64,000 nucleotides of DNA from Syntrophales bacterium (lineage in GTDB: Bacteria > Desulfobacterota > Syntrophia > Syntrophales > UBA2210), in assembly GCA_963666365.2 (NCBI GenBank), contig CAXXNF010000001.1, positions 608,001-672,000 on the forward strand. The letters are read 5' to 3'. Below, piece by piece: positions 62,722 through 64,000 of this stretch. Both the position numbers and the translations under genes were made by a program. How positions within the stretch are numbered: position 1 is the stretch's first letter; every line of letters starts with the position of its first letter. The notes beneath the pieces are model-generated. The model saw nothing but the letters and a program-made list of their open reading frames with translations, did no database searches and was not told where the DNA came from.

Positions 62722-63999
62722 ATGACTGCACAAAGAATCATCACTGCCATCAGCGCGGCCATACTGTGTATAGTATGCGCCCTCTGTTCATTCGCCGGTC
62801 CGGCGCTGGCCGGAGAACTGGGATTAATCCCCATGGACCGTAAGATCTACGAATCATACCTTAAAAGGAAGCCCTTCCGAAAGCCGCTCGCGGCCCTTCC
62901 CGCACACTACGACTGGCGCACCTCCGACGCCGTGACGCCCGCAAGGGATCAGGGAAAATGCGGCTCATGCTGGGCCTTCAGTGCAACCGCCGCCTTCGAA
63001 TCGAAGATACTCATCGGTTTCGGCATCGAGTACGACCTTGCGGAGCAGATGCTGGTCTCCTGTTACGGCCCCCCGAAGGCCTTCGGCTGCTGCGGAGGAG
63101 AATTGGATGCCGTCCGTTTTTATGAAACCGCCGCCCCCCGCGAAGAAAGTTGCTATCGGTACGGCGACGGCTGTTTTGCCGATATCCATCAGGACTGCCC
63201 CCCCACCACCGACATGGCTGCGCACTACGCCTGTCCCCCCGTCTGTTACCACGTGCAGGAGTTCTATACCCTTGAAAAGGATTATCCGGGCAAGATAAAG
63301 CAGTCATTACTGGAAGACGGTCCCGGCCTGATGGCCTTCTTCGTCTATGAAGATTTTAAAACCTACTGGAAAGAGCCTGCCGGCGCCTCTCCCTGGTCGG
63401 ACGGAGCATACTCCCATGAATCGGGTGAAAACATCGGAGGACATGCCGTGCTGGCAATCGGCTGGGACGATGCCACGGAAAGTTATCTCTGCAAAAACAG
63501 CTGGGGCGCCGAGGGCGGTCCCTTCGGCGACGGCACCTTCAGGATTCGGTACGACCAGATACTCTCCTTTGCCAATTTTACCATTGCTGAAGGGATCTGC
63601 GACTACTACACTATCGCCCTTACGCGCCAGAAAGCGAGATTTGCCGCCATTCGCGATTATATTGAAGAACGGGGGTCTTCAGTGGAACTTACAACCAGGG
63701 TTGTCACCTCCTTCCCCGAATATATCGCAGGCGGCTATGCCCATATCTCCCGTGCATACTCTTCCCGGGAGGATCGCGTACCCAGTTATCAGCCTATCCC
63801 CAACGGCAGCTCCTGCCGGTGGGATGAAAAAACAGGTGAATTGGTCCTGAACGTTGCTGTGGACTGGCAAGACAGCACATGGGTCGACCTGGAATCGTGG
63901 ATCGTCGATGCGCAGGGTATCGAATCGGAGCATCAGGGACTTCGCCTGTATCGTCCGGGAAGACGAAACCAGCCGCACCGCCAAAGAGCTTTCCCTTAA
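62722..63999 (+). CDS. Secreted papain-family (C1A) cysteine peptidase
   Basis: Signal peptide, YDWR, QGKCGSCWAFS, GHAV, KNSWG. Confidence 0.9.
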   Translation: MTAQRIITAISAAILCIVCALCSFAGPALAGELGLIPMDRKIYESYLKRKPFRKPLAALPAHYDWRTSDAVTPARDQGKCGSCWAFSATAAFESKILIGFGIEYDLAEQMLVSCYGPPKAFGCCGGELDAVRFYETAAPREESCYRYGDGCFADIHQDCPPTTDMAAHYACPPVCYHVQEFYTLEKDYPGKIKQSLLEDGPGLMAFFVYEDFKTYWKEPAGASPWSDGAYSHESGENIGGHAVLAIGWDDATESYLCKNSWGAEGGPFGDGTFRIRYDQILSFANFTIAEGICDYYTIALTRQKARFAAIRDYIEERGSSVELTTRVVTSFPEYIAGGYAHISRAYSSREDRVPSYQPIPNGSSCRWDEKTGELVLNVAVDWQDSTWVDLESWIVDAQGIESEHQGLRLYRPGRRNQPHRQRAFP

Positions 64000-64000
64000 A

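Overview
Chromosomal window from an anaerobic bacterium; gene content suggests Desulfobacterota/Deltaproteobacteria, possibly Syntrophales-like (inference). No rRNA, tRNA, CRISPR array or intact transposase was recognised. Main blocks: (1) A nitrogen-control locus: a NifA-like GAF/sigma54 activator (cut by the left edge) divergent from a sigma54-driven amtB-glnK operon. (2) A second sigma54-driven operon, dapF-dapL-purF-carA-guaA-carB, which shares an upstream enhancer-like motif with amtB. It ends in an unusual 1059-aa protein that fuses a close copy of the activator's GAF domain to a PEP-synthase-like ATP-grasp/His module. (3) A corrinoid methyltransferase cluster: MetH-type reactivation domain, metF, two non-pyrrolysine MttB-family proteins, a methyl-THF:corrinoid methyltransferase, a corrinoid protein and an AsnB-like ligase with Cys1 replaced by Ser. 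(4) tkt, pgi and a split metH. (5) A four-subunit 2-oxoacid:ferredoxin oxidoreductase. (6) Four paralogous orphan ABC substrate-binding proteins interleaved with an acyl-CoA ligase and glpKD. There are also several small intergenic repeat elements.
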